41,742 nt of DNA from a virus (Duplodnaviria > Caudoviricetes): positions 1 through 41,742 of the IMG/VR virus record IMGVR_UViG_3300035562_000119; one strand, written 5' to 3'. Below the pieces are notes generated by a model. That model saw only the letters and a list, made by a program, of their open reading frames with translations, was not told the DNA's origin and did no database searches. This document shows positions 1 through 9,228 of the stretch, piece by piece; position 1 is the first letter of the stretch, and each line of letters opens with the position of its first letter. A program made the translations under genes and the position numbers.

Positions 1-186
1 ATCATCCGGTGAACCAATAAGAGGCGTATATGAAACCACCGCCCCCTGCCCATCAGTAAGCATCAGATAATAACGCTGGGAGTAAATGTTATAAGGGACT
101 AAACCAAATACTTTAGCCCCACCAACAGTTGCCCGGAATGAAAACGGTGTTTGCCCACTAGGGGTAAAGGGAATAACTGTGGTCAT
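1..186 (-). CDS. Baseplate-associated small protein, partial (runs off window)
   Basis: ATG at 186, open to base 1 (MTTVIPFTPSGQTPFSFRATVGG...YNIYSQRYYLMLTD...PLIGSPDD); lies two genes after the tape measure. Confidence 0.6.
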   Translation of the reverse strand, partial: MTTVIPFTPSGQTPFSFRATVGGAKVFGLVPYNIYSQRYYLMLTDGQGAVVSYTPLIGSPDD

Positions 187-194
187 ACCAATAC

Positions 195-869
195 CTACGG
201 GAATTTTGGAATTGAAGGGATCATGTTCCCATTGCTCCACCAGGACTTAGTGTCAGCAGGGAATGATGCTGGCATCCCTGATTCGAATTTACTCATCAGG
301 TTACCAAGCGCCGCATCGAGCTGTGAAATTGTCAGTAACGGTTGGTCAAACTCGAACTGCCAGGTATGCTGAACCTGCTTGTTCTGCCCTGAGAAGCCTG
401 AAACGTCCACCAGCGCCCTCAACAGGCATCCGGTATAGATAAACGACGGCGTGAGTACCGTGTAGCTTCCGCCGCTCTGGTTGTGTTTGTCGAGGGCCAA
501 TTTGAGAGCGGTGAACGTCATGCTTTTTGTGGCATAACCTCCTCCCGACGTAAATGCCGGACGGAGCATCTGCATAACTACTCTATTTGGTTTGTTAATA
601 ACGGCATTCGCCGCAGTCACCATGTTGTAAAAATTCATGTTCCCGATTTCCTGCTGCACCAGCGTAGTGCCCCCCATAGGGGTAAATGCAGCAGTTGGCC
701 CTGCTTTCAATTCACCATGCAGCAGTCCATCAGCAATGCTAAGCCCTTCTGTTAGAACAGCTATCGGCATCACACCGCCAGGAATATCGGCGGCGATACC
801 ATCAACCAGCATTATCGGGGAGACTTCGAAGGCCAGCTTGAACGCCTGACCAAGATAATTTAAAGACAT
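195..869 (-). CDS. Baseplate hub / tail tube initiator-like protein
   Basis: 224 aa ORF immediately downstream of the tape measure; call is from synteny. Confidence 0.6.
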   Translation of the reverse strand: MSLNYLGQAFKLAFEVSPIMLVDGIAADIPGGVMPIAVLTEGLSIADGLLHGELKAGPTAAFTPMGGTTLVQQEIGNMNFYNMVTAANAVINKPNRVVMQMLRPAFTSGGGYATKSMTFTALKLALDKHNQSGGSYTVLTPSFIYTGCLLRALVDVSGFSGQNKQVQHTWQFEFDQPLLTISQLDAALGNLMSKFESGMPASFPADTKSWWSNGNMIPSIPKFP

Positions 870-871
870 TT

Positions 872-2761
872 TTACCTCGGAGTCACATAGATCCCTTTCA
901 CCTGAGCAGCAATATCGGATCCCGGTTTCTGGTCAATTTGGAGGTTAATAGTCGCACGGTCATTTTTACCACCAGCCCCCAGAACTGTATTAGCGGCCTC
1001 CAACTGGCGCATAATTCCTGGATGCTGCTCCGTCGCCCCATCAACCTGTGGAAGAATCTTGAGCAGATAGTCTACGGTCTCTTTTTTCAGGCTTAGATTT
1101 CCATCTTTATCAATCCTACCGCCGTTGTAACTTGTCAGCATTTTCGCCACATCCCCCTTGTGACGATTGTTCAAGTCATTGAGATATCGGCCTGCAGCTA
1201 CCGTGGCTTTGTTTGGATCGTAGACATCGTTTCCCTCCAATCCATAGGCTTTTGCAGTCCCGGGCATAAACTGGAACAGCCCCGCTGCACCACTTACCTC
1301 GTTCAGTGCTAACGGGTTCCATGATGATTCCTTTTGAGCTATCGCTGACATCAGCCCATTTGGCAGATTTGCCGTTTTATTTGCAGCCTCAACAAATGTC
1401 TGGACGTTAGTTTTTAAGGCATCCGGCATCTGATATTTTTTGTGGACATCGCTTTCTTTGAAATATTCCCCTGTGTATTGGTTGGTCATCGGATTTGCGC
1501 CCGGCAAGTTACCACCCAGATACTTATTGCCGAAGTCCACATATGCTGAACTGGCACCATCTGGACCTACACCTGCGCCCTTCAGATTTACGCCTGGCAC
1601 GTTGCCGGCGATCCACTTAATGGCATCCCCCAACGCACTGACGATAACTTTCACGCAGTCAGCGAACGTCTTCAGGTCGGTCTGGAAGTCAGCCCCGCCC
1701 AGCCAGTTTCCCAGCTTCTGCAGACCGTTGGCGAGGGTGTCAAATAGAGCGTTGCCATTCCGTCCATTGAGAAAACGGTCAATGCTGGTGGTTAGGTTGT
1801 CGGAGATAAGCCCAATTGGGCGACTAAGGCCGGATAACGCTTTCAGGAACGAGTTGCCTATCCTGTCCGCGTTATAAGCGAATCTGGCTGATAAATCCTG
1901 ATAACTCTGCTGGGTACCTGACCCCATGTTCCTATCGAGTTGATTTGACTGCGCCTGATACTGTTTATTCAGCTCCGGCAGCCTGTCGCTATTCGCCAAT
2001 AGCTGGTTTGCCGTTGCAACATCGATAATGCCTCCAAGCCCCCTGCTGTTCAGCACAGTCTGGGAGACGCCAGTTCCCTTGTACTGACTCAACAGCGACG
2101 CCACGCGCTCCATCAAAAGTGGCAGGTTCTGCGCCGCGCCGTTCTGCGGATTAATGCCAAGACTCATTAGCCCGGCATACTCAGGATTTCTCGGGTCATT
2201 CTGTGCTGCTGCAAGCGACTGCAGTATGTTACCAGTACCGGAAATGCGAGAGCCGTACACATTTTTGGCAGCCTGCATCTGCCCGGTGGTAATCCCCAGC
2301 CCCTGCGACGCTTTATATTGCTCGGTCGCGCGGTGCGCCATGTAACCATAACCAAACGGCCCGGCCACGCTGATAGCGGCGAGCTTTGCCCCCCATGAAA
2401 TCGTCGTGGTAAACAGCCCCTTCAGAGTGTTGGTGGTCGCTCCAAGGGTTTTGTTGATAAGGGTGAAGGTTTTGAGTGTCCCCTGAGCCTCTTTGTTGAG
2501 ATTCTTCAGGAACTTCTCAAAGCCGGTATCGCCTGGCGTTTTTTTGCCACCTGCACCACCACCCTCCGGCCGGGTTGCCGGAGGAGATGCAGTAGGAACG
2601 GGAAATGGTGCTGTGGGTGCTGGCTGCGGCGTTGTCGGATATGGCAGACCGCCGGGCCCGATACTCAGGGCATTTTTAAATTTGTCGGCAATCTCCTGGA
2701 GTTTCTGGATCTTTTCATCGCTGAAATCCAGTGTGAGTACCGGAAGCTGGTTTCCTGCCAT
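872..2761 (-). CDS. Tape measure protein with C-terminal lytic transglycosylase (SLT) domain
   Basis: 629 aa, Ala/Gly/Gln-rich helical body; SLT motifs QKESSWNP, GAAGLFQFMPGTA, SYNGG; follows the tail chaperone. Confidence 0.88.
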   Translation of the reverse strand: MAGNQLPVLTLDFSDEKIQKLQEIADKFKNALSIGPGGLPYPTTPQPAPTAPFPVPTASPPATRPEGGGAGGKKTPGDTGFEKFLKNLNKEAQGTLKTFTLINKTLGATTNTLKGLFTTTISWGAKLAAISVAGPFGYGYMAHRATEQYKASQGLGITTGQMQAAKNVYGSRISGTGNILQSLAAAQNDPRNPEYAGLMSLGINPQNGAAQNLPLLMERVASLLSQYKGTGVSQTVLNSRGLGGIIDVATANQLLANSDRLPELNKQYQAQSNQLDRNMGSGTQQSYQDLSARFAYNADRIGNSFLKALSGLSRPIGLISDNLTTSIDRFLNGRNGNALFDTLANGLQKLGNWLGGADFQTDLKTFADCVKVIVSALGDAIKWIAGNVPGVNLKGAGVGPDGASSAYVDFGNKYLGGNLPGANPMTNQYTGEYFKESDVHKKYQMPDALKTNVQTFVEAANKTANLPNGLMSAIAQKESSWNPLALNEVSGAAGLFQFMPGTAKAYGLEGNDVYDPNKATVAAGRYLNDLNNRHKGDVAKMLTSYNGGRIDKDGNLSLKKETVDYLLKILPQVDGATEQHPGIMRQLEAANTVLGAGGKNDRATINLQIDQKPGSDIAAQVKGIYVTPR

Positions 2762-2825
2762 CAGAAAATACTCCTCGGCTGCTTGAATTTCAGCAGCTCT
2801 CTGAGTTGAGCTGCTGTTTTAAGGT

Positions 2826-3443
2826 TTATTCCGGTATCGCTCCAGAGTTCGGAGAAGCCGATCCCGGCGCAATAGTCGAGGATTTCGCTGATGACGTTTT
2901 CTCCGTCTCGCCAGAACTGGCGGGAGGCGTCGACGTCAGCAATGAAGCAATCCATTCCGTAAGTGTCGAGGATGAAATTGCACTGCCCCACAGTCCAGCG
3001 ACCTGATCCATCACCTCTTTCGCCTGATGCGGTTTGTTTATCGATGAGACACATGTAAAAAAAACGAGCTCACCCACCGCTTCATCCGGATCGATCACCT
3101 GCCGCTCGATGGCGACATCCAGAGGAACTGTGTCCCATCCCTTCTCATCGACTGGATAGACAAGGTTGGACAGGCGGATGATCTCGTTAAGTAACGTGTT
3201 CTTGACACCAGTTTCCCCATCCCAGACTTTCTCGTTCTGGCTTATTTTTTCCAGCATCAGGTAAGCGACGCGCGGCCCCGCAACAACCCCAAGCCCCTCG
3301 GAGAAAATCGCAGAAAATGTTTTACTCAGAATGTAGAAGTGTTCGCGGTAAACCTCCTTGGAAATAGGTGTCGCGTGGACATACCCCTTCCCCATGTCAG
3401 TTTCAACAGGCAGTACAAAATTCATATTTCGTGCAATTTTCAT
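2826..3443 (-). CDS. Tail assembly chaperone (probable -1 frameshift extension to 2761)
   Basis: Between tail tube and tape measure; ATG at 3443 overlaps the tube stop (TGATG); T8 slippery run at 3057-3064. Confidence 0.7.
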   Translation of the reverse strand: MKIARNMNFVLPVETDMGKGYVHATPISKEVYREHFYILSKTFSAIFSEGLGVVAGPRVAYLMLEKISQNEKVWDGETGVKNTLLNEIIRLSNLVYPVDEKGWDTVPLDVAIERQVIDPDEAVGELVFFTCVSSINKPHQAKEVMDQVAGLWGSAISSSTLTEWIASLLTSTPPASSGETEKTSSAKSSTIAPGSASPNSGAIPE

Positions 3444-3883
3444 CAGAGATCCCACATTTCTGAGTTGATGTAATAGGTGCCGGTAATGGTGATGGCCACG
3501 CCCGGCTCGCCACCAGCAAACGACATATCCTGCACGTTGGTAATGGCGGTATTCAGCACGGTGAAGTCACCAAAGGTGCTGCTGTCGGAGTAGACCTTTG
3601 CGTCACCGATCGCCGTGTTCGCTTCCCATTGCGTTTTGTACTGAGCACCCAGCGCCTGGCTGCGCAGCAGATGCACCTTCGCCTGCATAATCATGTACGG
3701 TTGTGGCGACTGGACGGCCCCGGTCATTGCCGGGAGAAAATCGGTCATATTTCCCTGGAAAATCAGTTCAACGCCCTCCTTCGCAAGAAAAGACGCCGAC
3801 ACGTTTAGTTCAGGGTGGTCGGTAAATTTGATGCTGGCACGTACGCGGTTAAGCACGCCAACGGGAATCATTGGATTTGGCAC
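3443..3883 (-). CDS. Tail tube protein
   Basis: 146 aa beta-rich ORF directly after the sheath; typical size and position. Confidence 0.72.
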   Translation of the reverse strand: MPNPMIPVGVLNRVRASIKFTDHPELNVSASFLAKEGVELIFQGNMTDFLPAMTGAVQSPQPYMIMQAKVHLLRSQALGAQYKTQWEANTAIGDAKVYSDSSTFGDFTVLNTAITNVQDMSFAGGEPGVAITITGTYYINSEMWDL

Positions 3884-3896
3884 GGTTCAACTCCTG

Positions 3897-5225
3897 TTAA
3901 GGTAACTGCATGGTCACGTTGATATTGAAGATTATTGAGGTAAACCCGCGCATTGGCGTATAGGTCGCAGAAAGCCCTGCATATCGGCCAATGTTGTAGT
4001 CATTAGGGTTATTTTTGACGTAGGTTTTGAAGGGAATGGCATTAACAGGCGTTTTACCATTTACCAGTCCGTAAGATACACCGGAATCAAACACACCTTC
4101 GGCTACCTGCTGAAGCCTATCGATACCATCCTGGTCGTAATACAATGGATTAATCGGGTTGTTGCTGCCGTTAATGATGGCGTTGGCCAGTTGCATATCG
4201 ACGTTGATCTGGACCCAATCAACGGAGTACCAGTACGTCATATCTTTGCCGTCGCTGGTCACCCCTTTTACCAGCATGGTGTTGGAGATACCGCCTTCTG
4301 CCCCGGTGTCGACGTAGTTGATGTTCTGCGCAACCATCGTTTTGAGAATGCTATTTTTTGCCTTGTTTGCATTCACGGCCTGCAGATAACGGAAAGCCAT
4401 CGGCGGTACTTTATTGATTGGCGACGGGGAAGGAGAAACAAACTCGCGCATCACCGCAGCGGCGGCGTTTGTCGTGGGGTACGTATCATCAGCCATCGCG
4501 ATGATAGATTTGATGCTGGCATATGGGCTGACGTAGTTCGTATCATCCGGCGTGTCTGACAGCACAAAGAAATACTGCTTCGCTTCGTTCGCGGTGTACA
4601 GCTTCGCCAGCGTGATGAAGTCCTCGTCTTCCTTCCAGGCTTCTGGTACCAGATAGGCATAGAAGCGCTTGAGCGGCTCTTCCATGTAAAGTTTCAGAGC
4701 GGCGACCTCATCCTTCACCACATCCTTTTGATAGCCCAGCTCCAGCAGGTAGGTACCCACGGAGTTACCCTGAGCGAAGAAAGTGTTCACCGCCGTCACC
4801 AGATCGGCGCTGCCACCAATGGTGAATTGCCCCACCGTCATCGGGGAGCCATCCAGCGTGGAGTTGCTGACCGTCCATTCGAGTGTGCTGGTGGTCGTCA
4901 GCGTTGCGGTATAGGTGCCGTTCCACGTCGTCGGGGAGCACCCCACGATGGTGATATCAATCTCGCTACCCGGATCCCGGTTGATGGTCTTGCCCGGCGG
5001 TAGCGTCAGTGTGAAATCAGAGCCGTGAGACTGAGCCTCTGCCTCAAGAGTGCCGATCGCGTTATTCACCAGGTCGGTAATATCTGAATCCTGAGTGAGC
5101 AGCACCGGCTTGCCCGGTTCCTGCAGCGTGGCCCCAAAGGAAAGGATGGCTGACATCTGCTGCAGATTGGACGGCGTAGCGCCGATTGTCTGCGAGACGT
5201 TGACTGTGACTATTTCGTAGCCCAT
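3897..5225 (-). CDS. Tail sheath protein (DUF3383-like)
   Basis: 442 aa; C-terminal YWYSVDWVQIN...PLYYDQDGIDRLQ typical of this sheath family; upstream of the tube gene. Confidence 0.78.
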   Translation of the reverse strand: MGYEIVTVNVSQTIGATPSNLQQMSAILSFGATLQEPGKPVLLTQDSDITDLVNNAIGTLEAEAQSHGSDFTLTLPPGKTINRDPGSEIDITIVGCSPTTWNGTYTATLTTTSTLEWTVSNSTLDGSPMTVGQFTIGGSADLVTAVNTFFAQGNSVGTYLLELGYQKDVVKDEVAALKLYMEEPLKRFYAYLVPEAWKEDEDFITLAKLYTANEAKQYFFVLSDTPDDTNYVSPYASIKSIIAMADDTYPTTNAAAAVMREFVSPSPSPINKVPPMAFRYLQAVNANKAKNSILKTMVAQNINYVDTGAEGGISNTMLVKGVTSDGKDMTYWYSVDWVQINVDMQLANAIINGSNNPINPLYYDQDGIDRLQQVAEGVFDSGVSYGLVNGKTPVNAIPFKTYVKNNPNDYNIGRYAGLSATYTPMRGFTSIIFNINVTMQLP

Positions 5226-6175
5226 TAGATGACCTCGTAATTGAAGATGGCTTCTTTGATGAGTTTTTGGGAGATTTCCCTCGTCGTCTGCTGGTAGTAA
5301 TTCACCTCAAAATCGACGATTTTCTTTTTCGCCAGCGCGTTGATTTCCACCTGATTCGATTTGACGTCGACCGGGATCGGCATATTGGTAATACCGAATT
5401 CCTCATCCTCCAGCGCCTTGTTAACCACGAAATCGACATAGTCCAGGGCCATCTGGTTACTGAACCCGTACAACGTGATCCGCACTGAATCCTGTGCAAA
5501 CTGATAGCGCTGTTTGCTTCCCGCGTCATAGCGTGAAGCCATCGCCAGCGGCATCGTGTTGCGCACGTCAGCGGCGATGTACGGCGGCCTTAAATTCGAC
5601 GGGACCAGAAAGGACGGGTAAACGGTGGCAAACTGCTTCAGTGCCAGCCAGATTGGTGTGCTGTTCGAAATAATCTGCTCGTCGCTGATATCGTCGGGAC
5701 TGTCGATAATCTGCGACCGCATCGTGGGCAGGATCGCCATACCGCGGTAGTGGTAAATGCCAGACTGCGTATACCGGCTTTCCATCCGGGAGAACGCAAA
5801 CTGCGTCCCTTCGTACTCCCCGAGGTAAATGGCATTCGGATCTTCAACGTTAAAATCATCCGCTTTTTCTATCGGCGTGAAAATGATGTTGTTGACGTCC
5901 CGCGACAAACTTTCTGACTGCTCGGTCACCACCTGCCGGTGCAGGCTGCCCTTTATCGTGGCAGTCAGCGGGGCCATAATATTCATCCGCGCCAGCTCCT
6001 GCGGCGCGATAATTGCGGCATTCACCCAATACACGAAACCGTCGATCGGCAATACCTGCCGGACGTACAACCGGAAGGAAATCTCCTGGCCGGATGAAAT
6101 GGTTTCGACTGCAGACTGGAGAACACCGGAAAGCTGACTTCCTGTCGCTTCGGCTAATTCATCAAGACTCGGCAT
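5225..6175 (-). CDS. Head closure / tail completion protein
   Basis: 316 aa coupled ORF between neck genes and sheath; synteny. Confidence 0.55.
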   Translation of the reverse strand: MPSLDELAEATGSQLSGVLQSAVETISSGQEISFRLYVRQVLPIDGFVYWVNAAIIAPQELARMNIMAPLTATIKGSLHRQVVTEQSESLSRDVNNIIFTPIEKADDFNVEDPNAIYLGEYEGTQFAFSRMESRYTQSGIYHYRGMAILPTMRSQIIDSPDDISDEQIISNSTPIWLALKQFATVYPSFLVPSNLRPPYIAADVRNTMPLAMASRYDAGSKQRYQFAQDSVRITLYGFSNQMALDYVDFVVNKALEDEEFGITNMPIPVDVKSNQVEINALAKKKIVDFEVNYYQQTTREISQKLIKEAIFNYEVI

Positions 6176-6590
6176 CGTCGTCTATCCATGCAACAAAAGA
6201 TGATTTAAACAGGCCTCCATCGATAAACGACGGCCGGCGTTCGCCACGCTCAACCTTCAGGCGGGAGTTTTTACCCTCCAGCGCCGCCTGCGTTGGCACC
6301 CCATCAACGGAAAGCCCCGCCATCTCCTCACCTTCGAGGAAAACGTTAAACGCCTTCATGGTTTCGCCCAGCAGCTCGCCGCCGTGCATCGGGGCGCCGT
6401 ATTTGATGTGATTGATGAGGGCCAGTCCTACCGCCTCCCCGACCTCAGGAACGATGTCGTCGACATGCGTCTCCCAGAAGTGAGTGAAAATCTGATAACG
6501 GTCCTGGAGGTCTTCGGCTACTTCGTAGGTGGTGGCAGAGGTGTCGCCATAGTCGTACGGCATATCGATGACGCCCAGGCAGACTTTCAT
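6162..6590 (-). CDS. Neck / tail completion protein
   Basis: 142 aa; C-terminal RPSFIDGGLFKSSF resembles the PLIDTG motif of neck proteins; synteny. Confidence 0.55.
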   Translation of the reverse strand: MKVCLGVIDMPYDYGDTSATTYEVAEDLQDRYQIFTHFWETHVDDIVPEVGEAVGLALINHIKYGAPMHGGELLGETMKAFNVFLEGEEMAGLSVDGVPTQAALEGKNSRLKVERGERRPSFIDGGLFKSSFVAWIDDDAES

Positions 6591-7042
6591 GGTGTCAGCC
6601 CCCAGACAGAAGGCCCCAGATCCATGAGAACGGCAACGGCAGCCCGGCCATACGGATCCTGCAACAGCATAAGGTCAGTCAGTGTGAGATTACTCAGCGC
6701 ATCACTGATGGACAGTGCACCGGAAGTTCCCTGGTCTGCGGCTGAATTAACCAGTCCATACACCGGAGTGTTCAGGTTCAGTTTTTTACGTTGGTCAGCG
6801 AAGTAAGTACTGGGAGGTTTATCGGTCGCATAATGCAACAGTAGAGAGCCTCCCGCGTTATACACTGTGCTCATGTAGATAATGGGGAGGCATTGCAGCC
6901 CCATATTCACCGGAATCAGCTCCAGCGCCGAGCAATAACAGCATTGCAGTTGCGGGTCATCGTCGGCTATGGCTGTTTCCGGCACGCCCATTACGCCACG
7001 AACAAAACGGATAAATCCGTCGAGAGTCGGGCGCATGGTCAT
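6587..7042 (-). CDS. Head-tail adaptor (DUF4054-like)
   Basis: 151 aa; LQDPYGR near the C-terminus resembles the TxYG motif; position after the capsid genes. Confidence 0.6.
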   Translation of the reverse strand: MTMRPTLDGFIRFVRGVMGVPETAIADDDPQLQCCYCSALELIPVNMGLQCLPIIYMSTVYNAGGSLLLHYATDKPPSTYFADQRKKLNLNTPVYGLVNSAADQGTSGALSISDALSNLTLTDLMLLQDPYGRAAVAVLMDLGPSVWGLTP

Positions 7043-7512
7043 TATTTTTGTACCTTAACGGTTTTACTCAGTTTCGGCGGGTTCTCCTGCTCGGTGTTTA
7101 CCGCTTCACCTTTAATCTCGATTTCGATACCGCCACCGACTGGCTTCTCCCCGCTCTGGGCGACAGCCTGGTCAACCGCGTTATTCAACGAAACTGCATT
7201 AGCGTTAAGGATCTCCTGAGACAAGTTGTCGAGGTTCTCCACTTTTTGATCAGCATTGTCGATGATTTCGCTGGAAGTGACCGTTTTCTCGATGGAATAA
7301 CAGATACCAGAGAATTTATCGTCAACCCGCTCTTTTGGCTGAAATCCGTAGGGCTCATGCTGCTGGATAATGTGGGTGATAACTTCCGGCGGGTACTCAA
7401 GCATATGCTGCTGCCCGGCCTTAATCGTCACCCCAAATGACTGTAATTTTTCAGGGATTTTGTAGTTGAACGTATGCGACTGGCGGGAGCAGTTTGCGAT
7501 GAAGAGTTTCAT
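7042..7512 (-). CDS. Hypothetical virion-module protein
   Basis: 156 aa ORF with GAGG RBS, between major capsid and adaptor. Confidence 0.65.
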   Translation of the reverse strand: MKLFIANCSRQSHTFNYKIPEKLQSFGVTIKAGQQHMLEYPPEVITHIIQQHEPYGFQPKERVDDKFSGICYSIEKTVTSSEIIDNADQKVENLDNLSQEILNANAVSLNNAVDQAVAQSGEKPVGGGIEIEIKGEAVNTEQENPPKLSKTVKVQK

Positions 7513-7523
7513 TGGTTTTCCTC

Positions 7524-7549
7524 AAAAAAATTAGGGAGCCTGAGCTCCC
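7524..7549 (-). terminator. Rho-independent terminator after the major capsid gene
   Basis: Minus strand GGGAGC-TCAG-GCTCCC followed by TAATTTTTTT. Confidence 0.65.
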
Positions 7550-7577
7550 CAAATCGGACTAAAAATTAGCGAGGGTA

Positions 7578-8606
7578 TTACTGATATTTCGCGGAAAGCA
7601 GCGTGATGCCTTCAGAACGGAAGTTCCATCCTGGCGTAGAACGCATGGTGTACAGCGTGGTAATACCACCATCCGGGATCGGTGACGGGATTTCAGTCGG
7701 CGCGGCGACGTCACAGAACATGACGTTTACCGCCTTCTGATTCGGCATCAGGGTGGCAAAAATATTGGTGTTAATGTCCTGACGAGCCTCCGGGATAACG
7801 AGATCGGGGTTTGTGACCACAATCAGGTCGGTACCACCGGCACCCTTCCCAATGAGCGTGTCATCCTGACAGAAAATCAGGTTGTCATCACTCGCATCCC
7901 TCACGATGGTTTTTGCAAGCGTACCCACCGTCGCGGTACCGGCACCCGGGCGCTGATAAGAAGTCAGTTCTACGATGCCCGTCCACTCCATTGCCTTCAT
8001 GAAGCGCATCGGGCACAGCACAACTGTGGTCAGCGACTGACCCAGCAACATCATGCGGGTTTTAAGGTCCGCAATCAGACCGATCAGGAATTTCGCCATT
8101 TCTCCAGAATCCCAGGTGGTGTAAGCGTCATTGCCCTTACTGTCGCTACCCAAGTTAACGGTGATGGCGTTTGGCGAGTTAGTTACCCCCTCGTTGTTGG
8201 AAGCCTTCACGCCATACAGCAGCATATTACGCAGGTTCTGTGCATGCCCCTGACGGTTAGCCAACTGCAGACCGTTAGTCAGTGAGTACCCCCATCCGTT
8301 CGCCGCTTCGGTATCGAAGTGGCTGTACTGAGAACGGGTAGAGGTACGGTAAGTCATCATCTGATCATACGAAGGCACAATGCTCGCAGATGGCAACTGC
8401 CCGGGCAGAGACTGGCCTACGTGGGCCTGAGTGGTTACGCGCAGGAATTTTTGATAAACGAGCAGATCGTTTGAGCTGAGTCGTGGCTGCGGTGCCCCGC
8501 TGGACAAAATGTCGAATGCACCGGAAGCCATGCTGTACTGCATGACGATCTCCGGCAACATCATGGAAGGCGATACCGTGGTAATCGCAGGTGCAAATGC
8601 GCTCAT
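7578..8606 (-). CDS. Major capsid protein (HK97 fold, DUF2184-like)
   Basis: 342 aa after protease/scaffold and decoration genes, followed by a terminator. Confidence 0.8.
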   Translation of the reverse strand: MSAFAPAITTVSPSMMLPEIVMQYSMASGAFDILSSGAPQPRLSSNDLLVYQKFLRVTTQAHVGQSLPGQLPSASIVPSYDQMMTYRTSTRSQYSHFDTEAANGWGYSLTNGLQLANRQGHAQNLRNMLLYGVKASNNEGVTNSPNAITVNLGSDSKGNDAYTTWDSGEMAKFLIGLIADLKTRMMLLGQSLTTVVLCPMRFMKAMEWTGIVELTSYQRPGAGTATVGTLAKTIVRDASDDNLIFCQDDTLIGKGAGGTDLIVVTNPDLVIPEARQDINTNIFATLMPNQKAVNVMFCDVAAPTEIPSPIPDGGITTLYTMRSTPGWNFRSEGITLLSAKYQ

Positions 8607-8616
8607 TGCTTACTCC

Positions 8617-9228
8617 TTAAATTAAGAACAGGCCGCAAGGCTTGTTGTCTTCCCAAGCCACGGTACCGTCGGTGTTTTTCTTCACGGTCAGGTTGCCCTG
8701 CTGCGATACCATAATCAGTTTGATATTCACTTTCGGGTTACCAGAGGTAGAGCTCTTATAAACATCGATGATGTTGTTGGTCAGATCCCAGACAAAACCA
8801 TCTGAACCGACGGGTTCGGTACCGTTGGCCAGAGCTGCAACTTCAGCACTGATTGGCAGAGGAATACGCGCCCCTGAGCCAACGCGGTAGTAATGGACGG
8901 AGCCACCCCCCACATACAACGGGACGTTATTCCCCGGCGTGATGATGCTGTGGTAGGCCTGGTTGGAAACGGTGAATGCATTACAGACAGAAGCCGTAGC
9001 AGGCACGATAGCGGAGCCTGCTACGTTGGTTTGCGTTGTGGCAATACATTCGATTACCCCCATCCCAGCCCAGACTGGATTAGTGCTATTCAGCGAGCCA
9101 GAGCATAACTGCAGGCGAATTGCGGGATCGTCCTGCGCATCCCCTTGCGTAAGACCACGGGATTCGACGTTGAACATTCCGCTCGGGGAACCCTGTGTTT
9201 TGAAGGGGTTAAAAGTGATATCAGACAT
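8617..9228 (-). CDS. Capsid decoration / cement protein
   Basis: 203 aa beta-rich ORF between scaffold and capsid; YRVGSGARIPL motif; synteny. Confidence 0.65.
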   Translation of the reverse strand: MSDITFNPFKTQGSPSGMFNVESRGLTQGDAQDDPAIRLQLCSGSLNSTNPVWAGMGVIECIATTQTNVAGSAIVPATASVCNAFTVSNQAYHSIITPGNNVPLYVGGGSVHYYRVGSGARIPLPISAEVAALANGTEPVGSDGFVWDLTNNIIDVYKSSTSGNPKVNIKLIMVSQQGNLTVKKNTDGTVAWEDNKPCGLFLI

